From Bryobacterales bacterium (GTDB lineage: Bacteria > Acidobacteriota > Terriglobia > Bryobacterales > UBA6623), in assembly GCA_965206025.1 (NCBI GenBank), contig CBDBIU010000004.1:583342-647341 (forward strand): a stretch of DNA of 64,000 nt, written 5' to 3'. Made by a program: the position numbers and the translations under genes. Positions 8,380 to 18,267 of this stretch are shown here, in pieces. Positions within the stretch are counted from its first letter, which is position 1. Each line of letters begins with the position of its first letter. The notes beneath the pieces were generated by a model. The model saw nothing but the letters and a program-made list of their open reading frames with translations, was not told the origin of the DNA and made no database searches.

Positions 8380-10259
8380 GCCCTTACTCCACGCAAAGAC
8401 GAACCAGCGGCGAAGTGCAAATCGTCGTGTTTCAATATGTAGCGGCGTTGGCCGGTTTGTGGCTGCTCGCCGGGTTCTGGCAACTGCAGGTGCAGAGTCC
8501 GGAGGTGTACGAGCAGCGCGCTGAGCGGAATCGTATCAAGTCACGCCCACTGCTTGCCCCGCGGGGGAAAATCCGCGACCGGGAGGGCCGTATCCTGGTG
8601 GACAACCGTCCCAACTTCAAGGTCTGGATGTCCGGGGCCGAGGCTCGGCGACAACACCTCGCGCTGATCGCGGAAGGCTTGAACATCCCCTACGAGGACC
8701 TTGAAGCCCAGCTGCGACGCTTGCGAGAGTCGGATGCTCCCGGCTATCGGGCCGTAGTTCTCAAGGAGAATCTGACGCCCGGCCATGTCGCTTTCGTGGA
8801 AGCTCACAAGGCGGAGTTTCAAGAGTTGGAACTGCTGCGGTCACAGAACCGGCTGTACCCGAGCGACGGTCTGGCATCCCACCTGATCGGCTACGTCGGG
8901 GAGATCAATGACCGCGAACTCGAACAGGTCGAATTCGTGCTCGCCGAGCCCGGGGCCGAGGTGGGTAAGGCCGGCGTGGAACGTCAATACAACAACGCGC
9001 TCACGGGTTCGGACGGCAGCCGCGTGGTGGTCGTCGACAGTCGCGGGCGCGAGCGGGGGTTTCTGCGAAGCGATCCCGCCCGGCCGGGACGAGACGTTCA
9101 CCTGACGATCGACCTGGATCTGCAAGTCGTCGGGGAGTTGGCCATGCAGGGCCGCAAAGGGGCCGTCGTAGCGCTTGACCCCCGCAATGGCGAGATCCTC
9201 GCTCTGGTCAGCTCGCCCAACTATTTTCCCGACAAGTTCGTGGGGGGCATCTCCCTTCACGACTGGCGGCGGTTGACGGGCAACCCCGACAAGCCTCTGC
9301 TCAACCGGGCTATCCAGGCCCAGTTGGCTCCGGGCTCGGTGTTCAAGCCGGTGGTGGCCGTTGCGGCGCTCGAAAGCGGTGTCATTGACACGGACTTTAC
9401 CGTCCAGTGCCAAGGTGGAGCTTCTTTCTACGGCCACTACTTCCGCTGCCACAAAAGGGACGGGCACGGCGAAGTCAACCTATATCAAGCTCTCGTCCAC
9501 TCCTGCGACGTCTTCTTCTATGCGGCCGGCAACAAGCTAGGGATCAACCGGATCGCCGAATTCGCCGAGCGTGCCGGCTTCGGGAGACCCACGGGAATCG
9601 ATCTGCCCCACGAAAAAGGAGGGATTGTGCCCTCCCCCAGTTGGAAGCTGCGCCACTACCGCGAGAAGTGGTACGCGGGCGAAACGATTTCCGTCGCCAT
9701 CGGCCAGGGCGCGCTGACCGTCACCCCGCTCCAGGTGGCTTACGCCATCGGCGGCTTGGCGTCAGGCGGCGTGTGGCATCAGCCGCGCCTTGTTTCCTCC
9801 ACCCACAGGAAGGCGGTTCGCGACGACTATGAGCCTCCGGCTCCTCGCATCGTCAGACTCCGAAGGAAAAGCGTCGACGCGGTCGTGAAGGGGCTTTGGG
9901 GAGTGGTGAACGGGGGCGGGACTGGAGTTCGAGCTCGGCTGGCGGGCTACGATGTGTGCGGCAAGACGGGGACCGCGCAACTGATTTCCAATCGCTCGAC
10001 CCCCCGCGGCGATCGAGACTTGCGAGACAACGCTTGGTTCGTGGGCTTCGCTCCTTGCCGCAACCCGGAAATTGTAGCAGTCGCGCTTTTTGAACACGGC
10101 GAGCACGGCCATCTGGCCGCTCCCATCGTGCGGGACGTATTGAAAGCCTATTTCGACAAGCAGCGGCGAGACCCCGGAAACGTTCGGCAGGCTGACAGCG
10201 GGGCCGGTTCGCGGAGGGATCTTGCCGCCTCGCGCCCCAGCCGGGAGAACTTGCCGTGA
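8376..10259 (+). CDS. mrdA: Penicillin-binding protein 2 (elongasome transpeptidase)
   Basis: 627 aa with an N-terminal TM helix, a PBP dimerisation domain, and the transpeptidase motifs GSVFKP (SxxK) and KTGTA. It lies between mreD and rodA and is translationally coupled at both ends. Confidence 0.9.
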   Translation: MSPYSTQRRTSGEVQIVVFQYVAALAGLWLLAGFWQLQVQSPEVYEQRAERNRIKSRPLLAPRGKIRDREGRILVDNRPNFKVWMSGAEARRQHLALIAEGLNIPYEDLEAQLRRLRESDAPGYRAVVLKENLTPGHVAFVEAHKAEFQELELLRSQNRLYPSDGLASHLIGYVGEINDRELEQVEFVLAEPGAEVGKAGVERQYNNALTGSDGSRVVVVDSRGRERGFLRSDPARPGRDVHLTIDLDLQVVGELAMQGRKGAVVALDPRNGEILALVSSPNYFPDKFVGGISLHDWRRLTGNPDKPLLNRAIQAQLAPGSVFKPVVAVAALESGVIDTDFTVQCQGGASFYGHYFRCHKRDGHGEVNLYQALVHSCDVFFYAAGNKLGINRIAEFAERAGFGRPTGIDLPHEKGGIVPSPSWKLRHYREKWYAGETISVAIGQGALTVTPLQVAYAIGGLASGGVWHQPRLVSSTHRKAVRDDYEPPAPRIVRLRRKSVDAVVKGLWGVVNGGGTGVRARLAGYDVCGKTGTAQLISNRSTPRGDRDLRDNAWFVGFAPCRNPEIVAVALFEHGEHGHLAAPIVRDVLKAYFDKQRRDPGNVRQADSGAGSRRDLAASRPSRENLP

Positions 10260-11347
10260 GAGAAGAGCGGACGACTCGGGACTTCGACTGGACGTTGTTG
10301 GGTCTCGTGCTGGCGATCGCGACCCTGGGAGTGGTCGAGATCTACAGCGCTACCCGCAACACCGTTTGGGAGGGCGCCTACCTCAAGCAGCTGTTGTGGA
10401 TCGGGTTGGGTCTCGTCTTGCTGTGGACGATTTCGCGGATCGACTACAAAACTCTGGTCGACCAGGCACCGGTTTTCTACGCCATCGCCATCGTCCTACT
10501 CGTGAGCGTCGAGCTTTTCGGCTCCACCTTCGGCGGGGCCAAGCGATGGCTGCCGCTGCCCGCCGGGCTGCATTTGCAGATCTCTGAATTCGTCAAAGTG
10601 GTGCTAGTATTGTTGGTGGCATGGTTCTTCATGGGCTCGTCGGCAAGGCCGGTGCCTCCGGCGAGACTGGGCGCCATAGCGGTGCTGTTTGGGGTTCCCA
10701 TGGTCCTCGTGCTCAGGCAGCCGGATCTGAGCACGGCCCTTAGCTATTTGCCGATCCTTGTTCTGGGCGTATTTCTGGCCGGCGTGCGATGGAAACACCT
10801 GGTTATTCTGGCCCTACTCAGCTTGCTGGCGGCGCCGATCGCCTGGCGCCAACTGCAGCCCTATCAAAAAGAGCGCCTGATCGCCTTTGTGGACCCGGAA
10901 AGAGACCCCCGGGGCGGGGGGTACCAGTCCATTCAGTCGAAGATCGCGGTCGGCGCGGGCGGCATATGGGGCCAAGGCCTTGCCCGCGGCTCGCAGACGC
11001 AGTTGCGTTTTCTGCCGGTTCCGCACACGGATTTCATCTTCTCGGCGTACGCCGAGGAGGCGGGTTTCGTCGGGGTGGCCTTGGCGTTGGGGCTTTACTT
11101 CGCTGTCTTAATGCGCGTTGCGAGCAATGCACGGACGGCCGCGGATACGATCGGGATGCATATCTGTATGGGCGTGGCCGGGCTTTTGCTGTTTCATCTG
11201 GTGGTGAACGTCGGCATGGTGATCGGCCAGATGCCGGTGACAGGCCTGCCTCTGCCGCTGATGAGCTATGGAGGATCGAACGCCCTCACGACGTTTTTGT
11301 TGTTCGGATTGGTGATTAACGTCCGGCTCCGCCGGTTTACGAACTAA
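10256..11347 (+). CDS. rodA: Peptidoglycan glycosyltransferase RodA (SEDS family)
   Basis: 363-aa FtsW/RodA/SpoVE-type polytopic protein (PVPHTDFIFSAYAEEAGFVG, LPLPLMSYGGSN). It overlaps the mrdA stop (GTGA at 10256-10259). Confidence 0.9.
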   Translation: MREERTTRDFDWTLLGLVLAIATLGVVEIYSATRNTVWEGAYLKQLLWIGLGLVLLWTISRIDYKTLVDQAPVFYAIAIVLLVSVELFGSTFGGAKRWLPLPAGLHLQISEFVKVVLVLLVAWFFMGSSARPVPPARLGAIAVLFGVPMVLVLRQPDLSTALSYLPILVLGVFLAGVRWKHLVILALLSLLAAPIAWRQLQPYQKERLIAFVDPERDPRGGGYQSIQSKIAVGAGGIWGQGLARGSQTQLRFLPVPHTDFIFSAYAEEAGFVGVALALGLYFAVLMRVASNARTAADTIGMHICMGVAGLLLFHLVVNVGMVIGQMPVTGLPLPLMSYGGSNALTTFLLFGLVINVRLRRFTN

Positions 11348-11667
11348 CGGCATACGAAAAGTTCTTACGCCCGTTGGGCGGGTTTGGGCTGAAACCTAAC
11401 GGCCCGAAAGATAACACTGAGCACAAGGGAAGGATGAGAGCCCAGCCTCCGCGGGAGCGGAACAGCGGCTGGAGAGGCCGCCGGCGTTGAGCGCGATGTG
11501 CGTGGCGCTCCGCCGGGCAAGGCCGAACGAAGCGGGATGACAACGCTCGCCTGTTTGTTGCGGCGGGCCTCCGCTTAAACGAGATTCCGGCGTCTCAAGG
11601 ACGCCTCATGTCTTGCCTGAAAATGCCGCGCTCTGGTTTGGGCCCTCCTTCCTGAGGAGGGAATCCC

Positions 11668-14439
11668 TTGTCGAAGGAACTGATAGTTGATTCGTCGCCT
11701 CACGAGACTCGCGTAGCCATTCTGGAAGATGACCGGCTGGTTGACGTCTACATAGAGCGCGAGTCGGAATACCCTTTAGCTGGAAGTATCTTCAAGGGGC
11801 GAGTGACCCGGGTACTGCCGGGCATGCAGTCGGCCTTTGTGGACATCGGGCTGGGACGGGATGCTTTTCTCTACGTCTCTGATTTCTTTGACGACGGCAA
11901 AAAAGAAGAACACGATGCGATCGCCAGCCGTCCGGAGGCAGCCTTTGAAACCGCCGAGTCCCCCGCGACCGATCCTGAACCGGCCCCCACAAAGACTGAT
12001 GCCTCGATTAAGCCGAGTCGCCGGGAGCGACGAGGCCGCCGGTCTCGCCGGAAACCGCCGACTAGAGAGGGCTTCCCGGAGTCAAAATACGCTCCGCTCG
12101 GTGAGCAGGAAACCTCTCCCCCAGCAGACGCCCCCTCCGAACCGACTGCCCCGGAAACCGAGTTTGCGGTCTTGCCGGGTGAATCCTTAGCGAAATATCG
12201 AGACCGGCCGCCTCTTGCAGGGAAGCAGGACTCTGGCGGCTCTGAGCCGGCGGGTGAGGCCGCCGATCAGCCGCAGCGTGTTGCCGAGCCTGATCAGCGA
12301 GATCCCTCTACGGTCGAGACTACGTCTGACCCGGATCCCGACGATCGGCAGTCCGCCTCCGATGGCGGATCATCGCCCGCGGTTTCCGACGAAGGCGGCG
12401 CCCCAGCCGAGCAGCCGTCTCCAGCCGATCCATCAAGCCTGGCGAGCGACGCCGACACGGGCCCCTCTTTCTCGGCGAACCAGTACTCAGACCCGCCCGA
12501 GACCGGCGGGGAGATCCCGGCGGCAGGCGACGAGCCGGACACCTCCCGCGCTACGGTCTCGGAGGGGATCCCCCGCCTGCTCCCCACATCGGAAGCCGAG
12601 TCAGGGGAAGCCGACTCACCGCGACGCCCCGGTCAATTCGAATCGCAGCGGAGCGATACAGGCAAGCCGGCTTCCGAGCAGGCGGCCCCGAAGTCCTTGA
12701 CCTCTCCCCGCTCAGGCAGCTCGTTCTGGGATCGGCTGCTTTCAAAGTCGACACCCGATAAGGACGACCAACCGAGGGCCTTCCCACCCGCGGGTACGCG
12801 CGGGTCTCCCACCGAGGCGACCGAGGGGTCGGACACGGGAGACCGCCAGGCGGCTCCCTCGACCGAACAGGCTGACGACGTTTCGTCGGACGGATATGAG
12901 AGTGAGGCGGAAGCGGGCCTTGCGGATCAAGACCCGGAAGCGTCTCTGGATGAGCGTTCGCTCGAGTCTCCCGGGGCGCCGGCGTCCGACGCGGAGAGCG
13001 GCCGCGGATCTTCCGATCTCATGACCGAGACCGAGACGGACGGGGATCCCCATGCCGCGGAATCTTCGGCGGACGAGCCCTCGGCGGCGCGCCCGGCCAA
13101 AGTTCGGCTGCGCGGCAGGTCTTCTCGCTATTTTCGCCGTCGCAACCGGCGTCAAAGGCCGAGCGAAGTGCCCGCCGGCACGGCCGGAGAGGACGCACCC
13201 CAGGAGTCTGCCGCACCGGTAGGCGCGCCCCAGCAGCCGCGAATCACCGACCTCCTCAAGGAAGGACAGGAGGTGCTGGTACAGATCTCCAAGGAGCCTC
13301 TCGGCAGAAAGGGTGCGCGCATCACCTCTCATATCGCTCTTCCCGGACGCTACCTCGTCTACATGCCGACGGTGGAGCACACCGGAGTATCCCGCAAGAT
13401 CGTCTCCGAGGCCGAGCGCCGCCGTCTGCGCAAGGCTGTTCTCGCCCATAGCGAAGGAATGCCCGGGGGATTTATCGCCCGCACGGCTGGCGAGGGCGTT
13501 GAAGAAGAAGAGATCGCCGACGATATGAACTTCCTCCACAGCCTTTGGCGGGGACTTCGAGAGCGGGCGGACGCCTCCCCAGCTCCTAGCCGAGTCCATC
13601 AGGATCTCGACGTAGTGGAGCGGATTTTGCGCGACCAATTGGCCGACCCGTTCAAGACCATTTGGGTCGAAGGTGAAGAGGAGCATGAAAGAATCCTGCG
13701 CTTTGTGGAACGCTTTCAACCGGATCTGCTTGAGCAGGTCAAGCCCTATACACGGCAGAAACCGATCTTCGACGAGTTCAACATTACGGCTGAGTTGGAA
13801 AAGGCGCTACGGCCCAAGGTGTGGCTAAAGTCCGGCGGATACCTCGTCATCAACCAGACCGAGGCGCTCGTGGCCATCGACGTCAACACGGGCAAGTATG
13901 TCGGCAAGTCCGACAGCCTGGAGGAAACCATCGTCAACACCAATCTCGAGGCCGTGCAAGAGGTGGTACGGCAGATGCGTCTTCGGGATCTGGGAGGCAT
14001 CATCGTAGTCGACTTCATCGACATGAACGATCGGACGAACCGCCGCAAGGTGATGGCCGCGCTCGAACAGGAGCTCGAGCTTGACCGGGCGCCGTCGAAG
14101 GCCTTGCGGTTTAACGATTTCGGCCTCGTTGCGATTACCCGAAAGCGAATCAAGCAGTCGCTCGAGCGCACCCTCTGTACGCCCTGCCCCTACTGCCATG
14201 GCTCCGCCTACGTCAAGTCGCCTCAAACGGTTGCCCTCGAGATCTTGGCGGAGGCCAAAAAGATGGCCCGTTCGGCGAAAAAGCGCAAAGACGTCACTCT
14301 GCGGGTGAACCAGGAAGTCGCCCGCGTCCTCAAATCGCGTGACAACACCTACTTGCAGGACCTTGAGCAGCTTCTAGGATCTCAGGTGTTGGTGCGCAGC
14401 GACGTTTCACTACACCGGGAGAACTTCGGCTTTCACTAG
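11668..14439 (+). CDS. rne: Ribonuclease E/G family endoribonuclease with a ~450-aa low-complexity insertion inside the S1 domain
   Basis: S1 strands (GSIFKGRVTRVLPGMQSAFVDIGLGRDAFLYVSDF ... EGQEVLVQISKEPLGRKGARITSHIALPGRYLVYMP). Catalytic core (LVINQTEALVAIDVNTGKYVG, LRDLGGIIVVDFIDM) and Zn-link (CPYCHG). TTG start. Whether it is RNase E or RNase G is not resolvable here. Confidence 0.88.
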   Translation: MSKELIVDSSPHETRVAILEDDRLVDVYIERESEYPLAGSIFKGRVTRVLPGMQSAFVDIGLGRDAFLYVSDFFDDGKKEEHDAIASRPEAAFETAESPATDPEPAPTKTDASIKPSRRERRGRRSRRKPPTREGFPESKYAPLGEQETSPPADAPSEPTAPETEFAVLPGESLAKYRDRPPLAGKQDSGGSEPAGEAADQPQRVAEPDQRDPSTVETTSDPDPDDRQSASDGGSSPAVSDEGGAPAEQPSPADPSSLASDADTGPSFSANQYSDPPETGGEIPAAGDEPDTSRATVSEGIPRLLPTSEAESGEADSPRRPGQFESQRSDTGKPASEQAAPKSLTSPRSGSSFWDRLLSKSTPDKDDQPRAFPPAGTRGSPTEATEGSDTGDRQAAPSTEQADDVSSDGYESEAEAGLADQDPEASLDERSLESPGAPASDAESGRGSSDLMTETETDGDPHAAESSADEPSAARPAKVRLRGRSSRYFRRRNRRQRPSEVPAGTAGEDAPQESAAPVGAPQQPRITDLLKEGQEVLVQISKEPLGRKGARITSHIALPGRYLVYMPTVEHTGVSRKIVSEAERRRLRKAVLAHSEGMPGGFIARTAGEGVEEEEIADDMNFLHSLWRGLRERADASPAPSRVHQDLDVVERILRDQLADPFKTIWVEGEEEHERILRFVERFQPDLLEQVKPYTRQKPIFDEFNITAELEKALRPKVWLKSGGYLVINQTEALVAIDVNTGKYVGKSDSLEETIVNTNLEAVQEVVRQMRLRDLGGIIVVDFIDMNDRTNRRKVMAALEQELELDRAPSKALRFNDFGLVAITRKRIKQSLERTLCTPCPYCHGSAYVKSPQTVALEILAEAKKMARSAKKRKDVTLRVNQEVARVLKSRDNTYLQDLEQLLGSQVLVRSDVSLHRENFGFH

Positions 14440-14453
14440 GTGCTTAGCCTGGG

Positions 14454-17400
14454 TCAGCCCCGCTCTACGACTTCTCGGCTCGTCGCGGTTCGCCCGTTCT
14501 GCTGGTCCGCCATGCGAACGGATACGAGTTGTGAAACGCCGGCTTGCTGCATGGTCACGCCGTAGAGGGTCTGGGCGGTTTCCATGGTTGTCTTGCTGTG
14601 GGTGATCAGGATGAATTGCGTGCGGCCACTCATCTCGCTGACGAGGCGGCTAAAACGAGCGAGGTTAGGCTCGTCGAGCGCGGCGTCCACCTCATCGAGC
14701 ACGCAAAATGGACTGGGCTTGTATTGGAAGGTCGCCATCAGCAGGGCGACCGCGGTCAGCGATTTTTCGCCGCCGGAAAGAAGGGCGACGTTCTGCAAAC
14801 GCTTACCCGGAGGAGAGGCGATGATGTCGATCCCCGAGTCGGCGGCGTTGGATTCGTCGGTCAACTTCATCTCCGCCTGGCCGCCGCCGAACAGCGTGCG
14901 GAAAACTTCATGAAAGTTCTTGTTGATTACTTCAAAGGCATCTTGAAACTTGCGCCGCGAGACGGCGTCGATTTCGGCGATGGCCGTTTGCGTGTCGGCG
15001 ATGGAATCCACCAGATCTTTCTTTTGCGTTTCGAGAAAGTCCAGCCGCTCCTTGGCTTCCTGGAACTCTTCGAGAGCCAGTATGTTGACCGGGCCGAGGC
15101 TCTCCAGTTTCGCCTTGGTCTCTTGGTGCCGGGCTTCGGCCGCGGCGAGTTCCTCGTCGGCAAGCTCCGCGCTTTCGCCCTCGGATACCTCGCGGATAGG
15201 CTTCCCGATCTCGCGCCGACATTCCTCCTCGAGGTGCTTGACCTCGGAGCGGATCTCCGCCAAGCGAACGTCGATCGCGGAACGATGATCACGAATTTGA
15301 TCTAAAGACGAACGCTCGACGCCGATCTGCTCCTCCGACGTCTCAACGCGGCCGCGCAACTCAGCCAGATCCCGCGAAATTTCGCTCGCTTCTTGTTCCG
15401 CCTCGACGCGCCGGTCGCACTGTTGCTCGATGCGGCTTTCAAGCTCGACGTTCTCCTCGAGCAGGCGGACACGCTCCTGTTCCGACTCTCGCATTTGCGT
15501 CGAGAGGGACTGCATCCGCTCGTTCTGCTCTTCGACGCGCTGCCGAGCCCGAGCGGACGAGGCGGTCGCTCCCTTGTGCCTCTCTTCAAGAGTTGCCAAT
15601 TGGGTGCGTGCTTGTGTTTGTTCTTGGAGCAGGCCGGCGAGCCTCCCCTGATTTTCGTGGATGCGCTGTTCCAAATCGACGAGCAACTTTTCACCTTGGC
15701 CGCGTTCCGTCTCCTTCTGCTCGATCCGCCGGCTACGAGCGTCCCGATCCGCCGAGGCCTCTTGTGCCGTGTGTTGCAGCCGCTCCCTTTCGACGCCCGC
15801 CACCGAGCACCGCCGCTCGCCGCGGTCAATCTCCTCATCAAGCCGGCGCAGTTCATGCTCGCCGGCCAGCAACCGTTTCTCCGTCTCCTGGCATTCGGAC
15901 TTGACAGTTTCCAACTCCGTACTTTTGTTCTGGATTTCGTTTTCGGCTTGTGACGCGATGGCCAGGGCTTCATGAAGCGACGTCTCCCAAGCGGCGATTT
16001 TCGGCGTCAGCTCGCGGAGCTCGCGCTTGAGCGACAGGGGACCGCTCGCGCCCGGCTTGCCGCCTCGCACCGTGTGGCCGCGGTAGCAAACGCCGTCCGG
16101 CAATAAGAACGAAAGATCGGGATACTGCACCGCCAGCCGGCGAGCGGCCTCTTCGTCTTCGACCAGGTAACAGCCGCGCAGACGAGGCAGCAGGGACGAC
16201 GCCGCGCCGGAGAGCCCATTGGTCAGGCGAATCGAGTCGGCCAAGCGCCCCGAGACGCCCGTCTCCGGCCCCAGAGCGGGAATCTCTTCGGCCAGTTCGG
16301 AGTCCGGGTGAACGAGAAACGTAACCTCGCCGTGCAGGTCTCGACGGACAAGCTGCACGCCCTGCCGTGCGTCGTTCCAACTCTTGACGACCACGAACTC
16401 GAGCTCATCGCGCAGGAAGTCTTCGGCGATCCTCTCGTGCTCGGAAGCAACTTCCATGTAATCCGCCAGGATGCCGGTCGGATGGAAGCCCTGCTCCGCA
16501 CGCCTATCTATCGCCGCGAAAAAGTTTTTGACGCTCTCGGCCGTATACGCGTGGTGGGAGAGAATTTCTTCCAGTGAATCACGCCTGGCCCTGGACCGAG
16601 AGAGTTCCTCCCGCAGCCGCTCGACTTGTTCGCGCCCGGTTGCGGCCTGCTCCTTGTGTGAACCGATCTGCTGCTCGATGCTCTTCCCGCGAGCCGCCAA
16701 AACTTCGAGATTCTTCCGTTCCCGTTCAACCTGTAACGCTGCCTCTTCGCGGCGGCCTGACAGACCCGCGAGCTCCTGCTGTGCGTCCTCTTCTTCCTGC
16801 CGCAGGCCTGCGATCCGGCGTCCGGTGCCGGCAAGGAACTCCTCGAGTTTGGCGACTTCATTCCGCGCCGCGGCGATCTCACCAAGAAGCTGGAGTATGC
16901 GAAGGCGGCCGCGCTCCTGTTGCTTCTCATCTTCAACGGCGGCGGCTTGGCATTGCTCAACGCCGGAGGTCTTTTGCATCAACGCTTGCCGGGCGCTGTC
17001 TTTCTCCGCCGCCACTTGTTCCAAGGCGACCTCCTCCGACGCCAACTCGGCCTCAAGCTGATCGAGCCGCTCCGCAAGATAGGAGATTTGAACCTGCCAC
17101 TGTTTTTCGCGTTTTTCGTTCTCCTTGGCGGTCCCGGCCTGCTGTTCCACGCGAGAGCGCAACCGCTCGATGTCGACCACGAGCTCAGAGAGCTCCTCGC
17201 GGCGGCTGGTCAGCGCCGTATCCTGGAGTTGCTGCTGCTTGCGATGCGACGTCAATTCGCTTTCGAGCCGCTGCAGCCGCTCGGTCAACAGACGATTCTC
17301 GCCTTCAGCTTCCTCCGACTCCGCCGCCCACGACCTGAGCTGCCCATCGAGGAGCCGAAATCGGCCGGCCAGCAGAACCGAGAGAGTCGCTTTGAGCCGA

Positions 17401-18110
17401 TTCTGGAGTTCCTCGTGCCGGCGTGCTCTCGACGCCTGGCGTTTCAGCGAATTGACCTGCCTGGTCACTTCCTGCAGGATGTCATTGACGCGATCGAGAT
17501 TCTGACGGGCGCTTTCGAGTTTCAACTCCGCCAGCCGTTTTTTCGTCTTGAACTTCGTAACGCCCGCCGCTTCTTCGATAAACGCGCGCCTGTCCACGGG
17601 GCGGGAACTCAGGATCTGCTCGATTCTTCCTTGCTCGATGATGGCGTAGTGCTGCGGTCCCAGACCCGTGCCCATGAACAGCTCTCGGACGTCGCGCAGG
17701 CGGCAGGCCTTTCCGTTGATCAGGTATTGGCTTTCACCGGATCGAAATAGCTTGCGTGTAACGACCATCTCTTCGGGCCGCTTGGCCAAGCTTGCCGGGA
17801 CCCCGTTTGAGCCGTTCCCGTTTCTTGCGGCCACGTAGGCTTCCGGGTCCACCAGCGTCAAGCTGATCGAAGCCAGGCCCGAGGGTTTGCGGTCCCGCGA
17901 GCCGTTGAAAATAAGGTCCTGCATGCGAGCGCCGCGGAGGCTTTTGGCCGACTGTTCGCCGATCACCCAACTGATAGCGTCGCCGATATTCGACTTCCCG
18001 CACCCGTTAGGACCGACGATGGCCGCAATACCATCGCCGCTGAACCGCAACTCCTGACGGTCGCAGAACGATTTAAAACCGAAAAGTTCCAGTTTCTTGA
18101 GACTTAGCAC
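14454..18110 (-). CDS. smc: Chromosome partition protein Smc
   Basis: 1218 aa. Walker A (GPNGCGKSNIGDAISWV), long coiled coils, a hinge, the C-terminal signature LSGGEKSLTAVALL and Walker B FCVLDEVDAALD. Confidence 0.95.
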   Translation of the reverse strand: MLSLKKLELFGFKSFCDRQELRFSGDGIAAIVGPNGCGKSNIGDAISWVIGEQSAKSLRGARMQDLIFNGSRDRKPSGLASISLTLVDPEAYVAARNGNGSNGVPASLAKRPEEMVVTRKLFRSGESQYLINGKACRLRDVRELFMGTGLGPQHYAIIEQGRIEQILSSRPVDRRAFIEEAAGVTKFKTKKRLAELKLESARQNLDRVNDILQEVTRQVNSLKRQASRARRHEELQNRLKATLSVLLAGRFRLLDGQLRSWAAESEEAEGENRLLTERLQRLESELTSHRKQQQLQDTALTSRREELSELVVDIERLRSRVEQQAGTAKENEKREKQWQVQISYLAERLDQLEAELASEEVALEQVAAEKDSARQALMQKTSGVEQCQAAAVEDEKQQERGRLRILQLLGEIAAARNEVAKLEEFLAGTGRRIAGLRQEEEDAQQELAGLSGRREEAALQVERERKNLEVLAARGKSIEQQIGSHKEQAATGREQVERLREELSRSRARRDSLEEILSHHAYTAESVKNFFAAIDRRAEQGFHPTGILADYMEVASEHERIAEDFLRDELEFVVVKSWNDARQGVQLVRRDLHGEVTFLVHPDSELAEEIPALGPETGVSGRLADSIRLTNGLSGAASSLLPRLRGCYLVEDEEAARRLAVQYPDLSFLLPDGVCYRGHTVRGGKPGASGPLSLKRELRELTPKIAAWETSLHEALAIASQAENEIQNKSTELETVKSECQETEKRLLAGEHELRRLDEEIDRGERRCSVAGVERERLQHTAQEASADRDARSRRIEQKETERGQGEKLLVDLEQRIHENQGRLAGLLQEQTQARTQLATLEERHKGATASSARARQRVEEQNERMQSLSTQMRESEQERVRLLEENVELESRIEQQCDRRVEAEQEASEISRDLAELRGRVETSEEQIGVERSSLDQIRDHRSAIDVRLAEIRSEVKHLEEECRREIGKPIREVSEGESAELADEELAAAEARHQETKAKLESLGPVNILALEEFQEAKERLDFLETQKKDLVDSIADTQTAIAEIDAVSRRKFQDAFEVINKNFHEVFRTLFGGGQAEMKLTDESNAADSGIDIIASPPGKRLQNVALLSGGEKSLTAVALLMATFQYKPSPFCVLDEVDAALDEPNLARFSRLVSEMSGRTQFILITHSKTTMETAQTLYGVTMQQAGVSQLVSVRMADQQNGRTATSREVVERG

Positions 18111-18267
18111 GGTCTTTCACCTTGAGGCCCGGCTGGGTTCAGGTAACGCTCGTTTCAGCTTACACTGTAGCGATCAAATGAGTTTGGACAGGAGTACGAG
18201 TCCGCCTACACTTGATTATGGTAACTCCGTCGAATCCCGTTGTAAAGCCCTAGCAACAACATTTAGT

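Noticed and set aside
12742-13719. 325-aa minus-strand ORF
   Set aside because: It is antisense to the low-complexity insertion and catalytic domain of the RNase E/G gene. It is an Arg-rich GC artefact.
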